In this document: in pieces, positions 11,262-23,129 of the stretch
Numbering within the stretch: the first letter of the stretch is position 1
How the letters are laid out: the number at the start of each line of letters is the position of its first letter
Source of the DNA: Octopus sinensis
Lineage: Eukaryota
Length of the DNA stretch: 64,000 bases
Reading direction: 5' to 3'
NCBI RefSeq assembly: GCF_006345805.1
Contig: NC_043021.1
Coordinates: 25,668,001-25,732,000 of the forward strand
Notes under the pieces: model-generated
Told to the model about the DNA's origin: nothing
The model's input: only the letters and a program-made list of their open reading frames with translations
Database searches by the model: none
Program-made: the position numbers and the translations under genes

Positions 11262-11443
11262 GGTGGCACATAAAAAGCACCCACTACACTCACGGAGTGG
11301 TTGGTGTTAGGAAGGGCATCCAGCCGTAGAAACACTGCCAGATCAGACTGGGCCTGATGCAGCCTTCTGGCTCCACAGACCCCAGTTGAACCGTCCAACC
11401 CATGCTAGCATGGAAAGCGGACGCTAAATGATGATGATGATGA
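11262..11443 (+). mobile_element. RTE 3'-end copy (short, young)
   Basis: About 94% identical by hand to the reverse complement of 4733-4915. Ends in (TGA)n. Confidence 0.9.
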
Positions 11444-11921
11444 TACTGGTACTACGAAGTGGTGTATTGCATTGCATATTTTAGCCACAATACCTGGAAA
11501 AAACAAAGACCCCCCACCCCCAAAGGTATTGTTTGTGTTTTAATATACCAAGGTAAGTATCTTTAAGATGTTAATAAGATAATAGCCCATTATCATTATG
11601 ATGATAACGAGGAATATGAGCCATAGCATCTTGAAAAACGATACAGGGACCACATCAAAGTTTTTGATTGAGTGTGTGTGCTTACAATGGTGGGTTACTA
11701 AACTCTCTGGTCCGACTTTGGACAGGTGAATGGTGTGTCAGTTGTGTGAAGGTATTTTTTTCAGATCTTATTGTAAGCTTCACTGGTACTTCCTCCTAAC
11801 TTTTTCAGATTCTAGATGTCGAAATAAAGAAAATTATATACTAACCTCAAAAATGGCCAGGCGGCACTTACTACACTCTGTTACTAAATGCCTCATATAT
11901 ATACACACACATACACATGTA

Positions 11922-11958
<37 letters not shown>

Positions 11959-12337
11959 CAGGCTTCTTTCAGTTTCCATCTACCAAATTCACTAACAAGG
12001 CTTTGGTCAGCCTCAGACTATAGTAGAAGACATTTGCCCAAGGTGCCATGCATTGGGACTGAACCCAGAACCATGTGGTTGCGAAGCATTCTTTTTAACC
12101 ATGCAGCCAGCTTTGTGCTGCTTGTGTATTGCACACTGACGCACATCGGAAGAGAAATGTTCCAAAACCATAACAAACAGATGCAGTGAGCCACATTTCT
12201 GTTATCCTTTCTTGCCAGCTTCAATGCTCTCTTCTTCATCTTCTCCATCCTCTCTCTTTCTCTTACCATCAGCGTAGAGCAGCAAGGAGCGCGGGAAGAG
12301 GAGAGGGAGGGAGGGGGGACTAAAGACGGCAGCAGCA

Positions 12338-12425
12338 GACGTCAGAAGCAATTCTGTTTTATTTGTGCTGGCTTTCAGGAATAAGTGCTTTGACGTCATC
12401 AGCCATTCATTAAGCATTGACGTCA
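12338..12425. promoter_or_regulatory. Cluster of cAMP-response elements (CRE)
   Basis: Perfect TGACGTCA at 12391-12398 and 12418-12425, plus AGACGTCA at 12337-12344, in a locally GC/CpG-richer non-repeat region. Confidence 0.55.
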
Positions 12426-13108
12426 CCAACGAGGTGTGCCTTGCAGTTAATTGGATCTGCAGCAGCAGCAGCGCAGGCAGCAGCCTTCCTTATTGTTGTT
12501 GTGAGGCCTGGTGGTGGTGGTGGTGCAGGTTTAACTGCTGAAACAGCAGCAGCAGCAGCACTAACTGCTGTTGTTGGTGTTATTATTGATGATGCAAACT
12601 GCTATTAGCTCTACTACTACTAATAATGATAATAATAATATTGCTGCTTCTGCTGGGTTTACAGTGCTCTGACAAACAGACTTTCTTCACCCATATTTTA
12701 TACACTGTTCTTCCCTTCACTCAGTTTTTCTGGTTCAGTAACAATTAATAAACAGAGAGAGAGAGAGAAAGATAAAGAGAGCAATAGAGAGGTAGAAAGA
12801 GAGAGAGTGAGAGAGGAAGAGGGAAAGAGAGATAGAAGTGGAAAGAGGGAGAGAGAGAGAGAGAGAGGTAGAAATAGAAAGCGCGGGGGGGGGGAGTGAA
12901 TGAAAGAGAGAATGTGTAGAAGATAAAACCAAAGCTTCATTCCATCCAAATGGAATTTTAATTAAAATGGTAGAAAATAACACCAAATCTGACCAGAGGT
13001 CATTCAGGTTTTTTCTGCCCACTTTCTCATTTTAACTCTGTTCTCCCTATTTTGTTGTTACTATTTCTTTTTGGTAAATAACCTAGGATTATTATTATTA
13101 TTATTATT

Positions 13109-13900
13109 GCTAAGACAGCGAGCTGGCATGCTTTGCAGCATTTCTTCCATCTTTACGTTCTGAGTTCAAATTCTGCCAAGGTTAACTTTACATTTTGTTC
13201 TTTCAGGGTCTACTACAAAATGGGCACCAATTGAGCACTGGGGGGGGGGGGGGGTCAATGTAATCAACTGGTCCCCTCCTACAAAATTTCAGGCCTTGTG
13301 TCTATAGCAGAAAGCATTGTTATTATTCTGGGGTCAATAAATTCCAAGTGCCAGTGAAGTATTGGAGCCAGGGTCTTCACTAATCCCTGCTCCTCAGAAT
13401 TTATGGCCTTGGGCCTACATTAGAATCTATTATTGTTGTTGTTGTTATGAATTTTGAGCATTTTCTGAGGGTGGTAATATTTCTTTTGGTTATCATTAAC
13501 TTGTTTCAGTCATTTAACTGTGGCCATGCTGGGGCGAGTTCAAATACTGCCAAGGTAAATTTTTGACACTCATCCTTTTAGGACAGTTAAAAGAAAATAT
13601 TAGTCAAGTTCTGGGGTCAATGAAATCATCTAAACACTTTCTGCCTAGATTGCTGGCCTTGTCCCAAAAGTTGAACAGTTTCATGCTCATAGAATCAGTA
13701 GAGCTTCACAAAAAGTGCTTTGTGATATTTGTTCTGACTCTACATTCTGAGTTCAAATCTTACCAGGGCCAACTTTGCTTTCATCTCTCTGGGGTTGATA
13801 AAATAAAAATACCAGTCAAGAACTGGGGCTGAGGACATCATCTGAGCCCCTCCTTCTAAAAGTGTTGGACTTGTACCAAAATTCAAAACAAACCTTATTG
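13109..13900 (+). mobile_element. Cluster of four same-orientation SINE-B copies or fragments
   Basis: Repeated ctgagttcaaat / ctggggtc / ggccttgt cores at about 13109-13330, 13330-13440, 13530-13680 and 13690-13900. Confidence 0.7.
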
Positions 13901-14779
13901 TTAATCATTGTTCATGGATATGAAATAGTGTTTGTGTCTATACAGGCATCCCTTACGGTAGCCTCAGGTTTACGGAATTATGGAATTTCATGCTTCTGGA
14001 AATCATAAAGAATAGCCAGTAATTTGGGGATACAGTCTGTTAACTTCTTTCTTACAGAAACTTGTATTGTTTATGAGGTCATAAACACAGCAACACCAGT
14101 TGACAAGTAGTGGTGGTAGGGGGAGGCAAACACACACAATATGAACAGGATGATGAGCTTCTTTCAGTTTCCCTCTACCAAATCCACTCACAAGGCTTTG
14201 GTTGGCCTAAAGGTATAGTTGAAGACACTTTCTCAAGGTACCATGCAGTGGGATTGAACCTGGAACCACATGGTTGGAAAGCCAGCTTCTTACCACTAAT
14301 TAACAATTAAAAGAGCAACGGTATTGCAGTCAGTTGTGTCACCAAATCAATTGGTCCCTTTCGTGCTCTCAAAGTTGTACAAAGTGATCTCTTACTTGAG
14401 GAACAGAATAGGATGAGTGTCAGGAAGAGCATCCAGCTGTAAAACAATACCTCAAATGCCATATTTGTCCCACCTGTTTAAGCATGGGAAAACAGACACA
14501 CAACCCGACATGCGAAAGTCTCTCCAGGAGTTAGTAATTGAAGGGTTTTTGGTTAATCTTTGCTAATTTTGTTTTAGATCGCCCTCTTCCTGCTTAACCA
14601 TGTATCTCCTCTGCAGCAAGACACCCGTTTCTGGCCTCAATCTTGATCACTGTCTCTGACCAGGTAACCTTATACTTCCTCCAGCAAGATACCGGTTTCT
14701 GTCTCTCTACCTCACTCTAATCTTTCATCGTCCGACAAGATCACCTCCCCCAATGCCCCCTCCCCTCTCAAAGGACCTT

Positions 14780-15090
14780 TGTCTTGCAAGTTACTTGGGG
14801 ATCCTTCCAGTGCTGGTGCCATGTAAAAAATAGCATCTAGTCCACACTTTAAAGTGGTTGGTGTTGGGCATCCAGCTGTTAAACCATGCCAAAACTGACC
14901 TTGCCTGTGTTGGTGCCAGGTAAAAACCACTCAATCCACTCTGTGGGGTTGCTGGTGTTAGCAAGGGCATCCGGCAATAAAAAAAAAAACCCCAGCCAAA
15001 ACAGACACTGAAGCCTGGTGCAGTCCTCTGCCCAGCCAGCTCCTGTCAAAATGTCCAACCCATGCCAGCATGGAAAACGGATGATGATGC
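14780..15090 (+). mobile_element. RTE 3'-UTR repeat copies (similar copies at about 9197-9336, 20130-20290, 20560-20700, 25380-25575, 46050-46170, 53525-54030, 56085-56200)
   Basis: Shared core ggttggtgttaggaagggcatccagc...catgccagcatggaaaa...gatgatgatg. Confidence 0.75.
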
Positions 15091-15332
15091 ACTGAACCAC
15101 ACTTGCAACAGCAGGGTCACATCTGTACAAGATAACAACAGAGAAACGTAGCAATGAAAGACCTTGCACAGGGTTCCTCTTTTTGTGAATGCTTGCAAGG
15201 AATAGACTATTTTGATGGCTTGAAATGGCAAACTTGTTCCTCCTCAACACAAAACCTAGAATGGTGACATCTGTGTAGACTTACCAATCAAGAAATACCA
15301 GCTACACAGTTTCAAATCCTGACAACTTTTAA

Positions 15333-15552
15333 CCCTTTAGCATTCAAACTGGCCACGTCCAGCCCAGATATTCCATCTGCTTTATGTTCAAGCCAGCCAG
15401 ATCTGACCTTTCACACCTACCCTACAATGTCATTCTACAAACAAACAATCACATCATCAAAAGTTCAAGGCCACAAGATAATCCAGGATTAATTCTAAAC
15501 TGTGAATGAATAAGCTTTAGCTTTGACAAAGTAATTTGGATACCAAACGGTG
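15333..15552 (+). mobile_element. TTAA/piggyBac-type MITE family 1
   Basis: Starts TTAA-CCCTTTAGCATT. Internal sequence is shared with 55701-55888, 61843-62066 and, reversed, 33885-34030. Confidence 0.75.
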
Positions 15553-15788
15553 AAAGCATTTCACCTCAGGATTATCCTTTTGACCAAAGTAAACTTCATT
15601 GATGCTCTTCGCTTCTAAACAACTGGATTATATTCACCTCTTCATATTGACACGGAAATATATCTCCTTGGCAATCCACCACTGTAGAAACATCAAGAAT
15701 GTTTCATGCAATTTTAAAATAACATTTCCTCTTCAGCTGCAGCATGACCGCAACAAATGGTATATTATACTATATATATGTATGTATA

Positions 15789-16956
15789 CAGGGTGTGTAA
15801 GATATTTGATGACAGATTTATGTTTATAAAAAAAACAGATAATTTTATTTATCAAAAAATGTTATGAGGATGAAAACAAACCTTCTTTTCTATAATGTTA
15901 TTCAATAAAGCCACCTTCAGCTTCAACAACTGCTTCTATATGAGATCTAAATCATCTACATGCTCGAATCAAGTGGTCCTGGTTCATTTTGGACATTACT
16001 CTGACTATGGCAGCTTTCAAAGGATCTTTGGTATTATGGGCGTGTTTATTGACCTCTCTCTCAATAACGTTCTACATGTAATAGCCTAATGGATTGAGAC
16101 CTGGGGAATTAGGAGACCCAATGTTAGGGGTTGGGTGATCACGAAAATTTTCAGCCATCCCTTTCTGTGTTACTAGAGCCATGTGTGATAGTGCAGAGTC
16201 TTACTGAAACACACATGGCCTTCCATTGCATACACTGTCTATCCAGGGCTTAACAATATTTCCAGGACCTCAATGTAGGCGGCAGAGTTAACTCTAAGGC
16301 CTTGTTGAAAGAAGTAGGGAGGCTGCAGGAAATTTTGTATGCATAACACTTGGAACTTCAGAAGGCTCTGCACATAATCATTTCTTCTGTTAACTTTTTG
16401 ATCTTGGTCAAAGCTTTTCTCGTTTGAGAAAAACCAAATATCTTTCCCAGTTTAAGAACCCTTTAGATCTGACGTAGTGATTTTCTTTTGCTTTTTGTAA
16501 AATAAATTGACCTTCCCTCATCCTATAAGACTTATATCTGATGCTTTCGTGGACAACATTTCTGACTGTTCCTTCTGACATATGGAGATCATTTGCAATT
16601 GACCTCACAGACTTTCTGGGCTTGTAATCAATTGTCTATTGAACTTGCTGGATAAATTCAAGGGCTCTGATGATTTCACAGCATTTAGAATACTTTTCAT
16701 GCGCTAATACTGGTGACACGTTCCCATTTTCAGTCTCTAACTCCTTACAAACTTTGCAGACGAAAATCTAGCAACTTTTAAAAATCGAGATATTTCTAAA
16801 TCGCTATGCTTAGCCTTTATAACCACAATAACAGTATTTCTTGAGTAAGCTGAGGTTCTACCATTATTATTTTGTGAAACAAAGATTATAAAGAGTTAGC
16901 AAAAAAAATGCAGCAATGACCCAAAAAAGGTGTTCTCAAATACCTTACACACCGTG
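15789..16956 (-). mobile_element. Full-length decayed Tc1/mariner (DD37D/maT-like) element, 1168 bp
   Basis: 21-bp TIRs CAGGGTGTGTAAGATATTTGA and TCAAATACCTTACACACCGTG (19/21), with TA on both sides. Transposase remnants are RSIANDLHMSEGTVRNVVHE (ORF 16408..16608) and SPNSPGLNPLGYY, similar to WPPNSPDLNPLDY. Confidence 0.88.
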
Positions 16957-17169
16957 TATATATATATATAGATTCTTTTGTGTTTTAGTCTAAAGGCTGT
17001 GGCCATACTGGGGCATCACCGGTGTAATCACCTTTTTCAAAAGGCCATTCTTATGCAGTTAGCTTTTGGTGAAAGAAGTTCGACATTGCTGCCCTGTTTT
17101 AAGTTTCTTGCTGTGAAGTATTTTCATTTGGGTCCTCGGACAGCAGGGGGACTAGTTGTTTCTTGAAAA

Positions 17170-17770
17170 CATCTCTACTTCATGTAGATCCCTCAGATAT
17201 TTTGGCATCTAGGTCTTTCTGTAGAAGATAAGCATCAAAAGGTACCTTGACTGCTTGTACTACTTTTGGGTTATCACCATAGCTTGTAAGTGGGGTTGTC
17301 TGTTTAACTGATGGCATGTCCAAAAGAGCCACCATAAACAGCAGCAACCCCAACACATTTCCCTGAGGCACTCCACTCTCTACTATTGTCTCCCTGGAGA
17401 GGGTTCCATTGGCTGTTCAAATCTAGCTTGTCTTTTCAGAAGCCATCTAACCACTTCCCTAACTATGCCAAGTCTCTGTAGCTTGTGACATACCATCCCA
17501 TCCCATGATCAACCTCACCAAAGGCCTTTGCAAAATTAAGACATAACACACTTAATTGCCATCGCTTTGTGGCAAGAACTCATCAGACACAGCGATATGC
17601 AAGTGTCCCAATGGAGTTGTGAAAAGATTCTTATATTGCACATAACCTCTCGGGGTCTGCAGTTGGAAAGCTAATTTCCTCAAGCAGTGGCCCTATCTTG
17701 CACCATATTGAAAGAGCTCTCTTGTGAATCGATAGAAGTCTTTAGTTTGTCCTTACATTTTTGACAGCCC
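17170..17770 (-). mobile_element. CR1-like LINE reverse-transcriptase fragment (decayed)
   Basis: LCLNFAKAFGEVDHG, similar to YLDFAKAFDKVDHG. ORF 17180..17371 has PQGNVLGLLLF...SYGDNPK...LQKDLD, similar to PQGSVLGP...YADDTK...LQ.DLD. Confidence 0.75.
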
Positions 17771-17999
17771 CGGCTTCCTTCCCCTACCCTCTCCTTTTCA
17801 TGGGACTATTTGAGACTTTTGCTCATCTTCTCATTAGAATCCTCCCATCCCTGGCAATGGTATTTCTCTGCTGTTTTAACACTCTCTCTGGAGCAAACTT
17901 ACTGCAGGTTTGTGCAGCAGCGTTATGTCAATATCTTGTGTAGAGAAACTGGTAGACCAGTTTTGTTCATCTCTTTCTCAATACCATTTCAATCAGCTT

Positions 18000-18520
18000 A
18001 TATATATATACACATCATCTTCCATCCTTGCACAGGGGCCGGATGGTTTGACAGGAGCTGTCTGGGTTCCCAATCCTCTGCTTTAGCATGGTTTCCACAG
18101 CTGGACACACTTCCACTTTACAAAGTGCTTTTATGCAACACCAACACCCACAAACCTGCAAGATGAGGATCACTCAGCTGAAGGGGGATATGCCTGTATG
18201 CAAGGACAACCCCCCACTTCACTTACCTTGACAGGTCTTCTCAAGCATAGCAACCCCGTGAGGCCCAACGCCTTAAGATCCTTTCTTACCACTTTGTCTC
18301 ATGTTTCCCACAATCAGAGATCAGCACTTTTTTATGCACGTTATTCATATTCCTTACATGACCCCCTACCTGACAGCCTGCTCTCTCGCATATATCTGAT
18401 GCTTCGTATATGGTTTTTCTCTCGACACACATTGATATTACCCATTCAGTGCAGCATATTGGCTTCATTTCTTTCAAACCCTTCTATGTCCTCACTAGCC
18501 ACAGCCCATGTAGCATAGCG
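18000..18520 (-). mobile_element. Degenerate RTE C-terminal/3' UTR fragment
   Basis: Homologous to 4750-5600 (gcagcatattggcttcatttc, acaggtcttctcaagcatag). Confidence 0.7.
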
Positions 18521-18891
18521 ATATTTATACACACACATATATATATTCTCAAAGAACAATGAAACCTTCATATAATTAAGGTGTCTTTGGCCTGATAAGT
18601 AATTATTACATCAGAGGATCTACTAGCTTGGAAACCTGTCACCTGGATTTTACCTGTTCCACTCCCTCAATCTGGGTTTTCATTCGCATTCATAGCAACT
18701 CTAGCTGTTAACCTTGACCTATACATAAACGGTTTCAGCATATCAAACTTCAAAATGGGAAAAGCCTACAACCTTCGACACCAATAAATTAACATGGTTC
18801 CTGAACAGTTTTGCATACCTACCACAGGCTGCTTACAAACTTCCAACACTCACACACACATAATGTATTATATATAAATGTAACAGATTTA

Positions 18892-19273
18892 GGCGCAGGA
18901 TTGGCTGTGTGGTAAAGTAGCTTGCTTACGAACCACATGGTTCTGGGTTCAGTCCCACTGTGTGGCACCTTGGGCAAGTGTCTTCTACTATAGCCTCAGG
19001 CCGACCAAAGCCTTGTGAGTGGATTTGGTAGACGGAAACTGAAAGAATCCCGTCGTATATATGTGTGTGTGTGTGTGTGTGTGGTGTCCCTCCCAACATT
19101 GCTCGACAACCGATGCTGGTGTGTTTACGTCTCCGTAACTTAACGGTTTGGCAAAAGAGACCGATAGAATAAGTACTAGGCTTACAAAGAATAAGTCCTG
19201 GGGTCGATTTGCTCGACGAAAGGCGGTGCTCCAGCATGGCCGCAGTCAAATGACTGAAACAAGTAAAAGAGTA
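18892..19273 (+). mobile_element. Full-length tRNA-derived SINE, family A
   Basis: A-box-like TGGCTGTGTGGT, B-box-like GGTTCAGTCCC, central (TA)/(GT) microsatellite and 3' gactgaaacaagtaaaaga. Many partial copies occur in the window. Confidence 0.9.
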
Positions 19274-20973
19274 AAGGGAGAGATACATATATCAAAAGCC
19301 AATTGGCCTAGTTTGGGAGAATTTGATTCCTGCTAATCTTCCTAGGTCGCTAAGTTCAAACCCTGTCAGAGCCAACTTAGATTTTCCCCTATTTTCTGTA
19401 TCAATATCACCACCAGATCTATACTGGGGTCAGTTATGGACAGGGATGGGCTCCGTCATATTTGAAAATGACTGACTGCATGTCATAACATTGCCATTAC
19501 AAGTCCATCAAAGTGTTGAGGCTCCAAGTGGATGGTCTGTTAAAACAACTTTCTCAGTGTATATTCCACCATTGGAACATTCCATGATAGAAATATAAAA
19601 TTTATTAAAAGGCTTTTGTAGTCTACAAGAAGAAATTTGGGATTTTTTTTTTTCATAGAGAAGACTAGAAACTTCTGTCAGCCAAAACAGGAAGCAGTTC
19701 TGGGAATTCTCAGTAGAAGTGGTTGGCTAATTCATTGGCATGTGATTAATTGATAGATATCCTCCCATACTTTATTTTTGCTGAATCCCCCTCCCCAACC
19801 ACCATTTTGTAATTAGCAGCCCTCCTCCCATGACCTCTGACTTCAACCCAGCCACTGTGCATCCCTCTCACTCACCTGCCCATCTTATATCTGACTCACA
19901 CCTACTTCCGCCACCTTTCCTCACAATATTCAGGATTGACCTTACCTCCACCCATGTCCACCACTGCCCTTTCTGGGTATACCCCAATGCATCTTCACCA
20001 CCATCCATCCCCTCTTCCAACTGGGGTAACCATGTCTCCCCTACAGCAAGACCTACCTGTTCCTGTCACCCTATCATACTTCAGTCTCTCAGCATCCTGC
20101 ATTAAGCCACCTCCCCAGTTAAGGGATTCTATCTCGGTGCTGGTAACTGGTAAAAAGTTCCCAGCATACACTCTAAAGTGATTGACATAAGGATGGGCAT
20201 CCAGCTGTAGAAACTATGCCAAAGCAGATAGAGCTTGGAACAGTCCAACCCATACCAGTATGGAAAAATGGATGTTAAATGATGGTGACAATATACAGCT
20301 ATAACAGTTGTGTGGTTAAAAAGGTGGCTTCTCAAGCACATGGTTCTGGGTTCAGTCCCATGGTGTGGCACCTTGGGCAATCGTCTTCTACTATAACCCC
20401 AGGACAACCAATGCCTTGTGAGTGGATTTGCTAGACAAGAACCGAAGCTTACCACTGTGTGTGTGTTATGTGTGTCATTGCCTTGATGTCAAGTGATAGT
20501 TTGCAAACAATCGTCAGCATAATGTAAGCAATGGTGTTTGTTTAATAAAAAAACCTGTCAGCCATGGAGAAAGACTCTCTTGCTAGAACAAAAGTAAGGA
20601 TTGGCAACAGAAAGAGCATCTGGCTGTAGAAAATTCACCTGAACAAATTTTGTTCAACCTAAGTCAGCATCGAAAAATGGATGATGATGATGATGATGAT
20701 GGCAGCTATAGTCTTAAGGGACTCATATTCTGCACTGGATGGTGGAGTGCGTATGTGTGGCTACTACTGAGCCTCAACTTTTTTGTGTCGCACATCAAAG
20801 TGCATATATTTACATATAAATCTGCTGTTAAAGAAACATAAAAAGGATAATCCATAAATGATAAGCAAACAGGTTGTTGTGCTGCCATCATTATGGTAAA
20901 CACCAAAGATGCTGCTACTGTTGAAACATCAATAAGCAAAAAAAAAAAAAAAAAAAAAAATCCAGCCTTTTAA

Positions 20974-22014
20974 CCCTTTCGTTACTATATTTCTGACCAA
21001 ATTACACCCCTTATGTGTTTCAATTAATTTCTAACGTAATCATAAATTTAGTCTGGTTTCATTAAACAACTATAACTTTTTTATTTATCGATATATCAAT
21101 CTGATTTTTGGAAGATAATTTAATGAAATATTCTCAACCAATTCTATACTATAATTTTTGTTACAAAGTGACTCTAATTGCAGGTAGATACAGGTAAATT
21201 CCACAAAATATAAAATTATTAAAATTTTGTTCAAACATCGCTATAGAAAATGGGTTATTAGCTAATATTCAATTGGGTATACAACAAAATTTTACGATAG
21301 AATTTGTTATTCTGGGTAACTTTCTGATACCCATAATAATATTTACGGCAAAATAGTCTTAATTTCATTTAAGGTTGAGGGAAACCACAAACTATCGTTT
21401 CTTTTGCTTTGTTTACGTTTAGCGTAACGGTTCGTCTCTGCTGTAATGATTTCAAATAGGCTCATTCGAAAAAGTAAAAAGAAATAGTCTAAGGCTTTAC
21501 TCTTCTGGGAAAGTCTGTGGCTTGGTCCAGTTTCTTCAGAGAAATCACCGAAAGAAACAGTTTTTAAATTTTCACTCCATTCAGGTGCCAATTCGTTTTC
21601 TTTATCGCTATCGGAGATCTCAGATTCACTGTTTTCACTTTCGGAAAATGAAACATCAGATTCATTATCAAATACCACATGCTTTTTTTTTCAGTCATAG
21701 AGTTAGATTTATGAAGGTCTTCAGTAGAAAATCCTTCGAATTCTGACTCGCTGCTTGATATAATGAAATTCGTATCCATTTTTTGTCAGAATTACAAATT
21801 TTGAAAACACAATAGGAACAAATTTCTGAAAAAAATCTCCCAAAATTCACGGAATTAAAATTACACTTCGATTATTGTACAAAACTGTAGTTGAACTGTT
21901 TACGAAGTATAATACGTGTTTTCACGAATGTACTGAAGAGATTTGCTCTGATATTCTCATTTAAATATGAATAGGTAAATTCGGGCGGCTTTGGGCGGTT
22001 TGGTAACGAAAGGG
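20974..22014 (-). mobile_element. Internally deleted piggyBac element (1041 bp) with frameshifted transposase N-terminus
   Basis: TTAA at 20970-20973 and 22015-22018, with perfect 12-bp TIRs CCCTTTCGTTAC/GTAACGAAAGGG. ORFs 21564..21779 and 21343..21678 give an acidic S/E/D-rich start then LDYFFLLF...EIITAETNRYAK...WFPSTLNEIK, which is PGBD-like. Confidence 0.92.
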
Positions 22015-23123
22015 TTAAGGGCCTCAGCAAAAATTCCATTCCATTCCTCAGCTCATACTAATAAATCACTCCCAAAACTAATTAACTGAAACACATAAGC
22101 CAGTATTGATTCTGTTCTTAATTGCTCGTATCTGTCAATTTCCCAGTAGAAAGTTTCCCTTTTTCTCATCCTTGCAAAATCCCAGGTAATAAAGTAATAT
22201 TTGTGCAGCTAGTACACGGTTTTTCATAATGAGTAGGTTAACTTATAGTTGCCGATGCAGGTGCTCTCTTTTTCTTTATTAAACACATTTGTAACCATTC
22301 CCTATTTGCTTATCTAATTGCAAACAGACCTTCCCTTGAAACTTTCACCACACTTGTCCAAATTGCTCAACTGGATCAGAAGTCTTAAGGAATTCAGTAC
22401 TACAGATTTTAATAAGTCACCAGTTGAAATACTGCCAAGCATGTTGTTTCAGGGGAATTAATGCCATAATAATAATAATAATATCCATGCAAGTTCTATT
22501 CCTCCTCCACAACCAGAAGACTGGTTTGGTGAACTAGTGGAGGAAAAGTAGCCAAAAGGGATGAGATAACCAGAGACAAAGCCAATAATACATTCACAGA
22601 AATGACCAGACTGCAGTAGTTGTTGACACAGGAGTTATGAAGGACTGTAATCCCAAGAAACCAACCCAGTACTAAAGGAATCCCAAATTGAGGACACTTG
22701 TCAGTGGAGTTAAAAAGAGTATCCCACCATAGAAACCATGTTAAAGCAGACACAAGAGACCAACACAGCCCTCACACCCTCCTCCAACTGATGCCAACCT
22801 GGACATTAAATGGTGAGGATGATTTTATTCCAACGATTTCCACTTGTCAACACGCATGTGTTTGCCATGTGCACACATCCACGCATTCAGACAGTAAACA
22901 CAAGCTGCAATCTCAGTTAATGAGCATCTGCCAATAAAGAGTAAGGTGAAGCAGAGAAAGCCAGTGTTTGGAGAGCAGCAATTGGAATGGAGGGAAATTC
23001 AGTTAAAAATCTTTTTTTTTCACCAAATGTATATGGGGGGGGGGGGACTGGAAAAGAAAAAGAAGATTTCTGGAAAAGAAACTGAAAAAGAATCATGATA
23101 GAAAAAGAGATGCAATTATTTCT

Positions 23124-23129
23124 TTTATT
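23124..23129 (-). terminator. Candidate PP1 polyadenylation signal (implies a 3' UTR of about 1.5 kb)
   Basis: On the minus strand AATAAA is followed about 15 nt later by CA and then a long U-rich tract (tctctttttctatcatgattctttttcagtttcttttcc). Other AATAAA at 24462-24457 and 22280-22275 lack such a tract. Confidence 0.4.

Noticed and set aside
12417-12608. Poly-Ala/poly-Gly ORF resembling a transcription-factor fragment
   Set aside because: It arises from (GCA)n and (GGT)n trinucleotide runs, has no domain and no supporting splice sites. More likely UTR-type low-complexity sequence.
18892-18960. tRNA gene
   Set aside because: Only A/B-box-like motifs at the head of a multi-copy SINE; there is no cloverleaf or acceptor stem.
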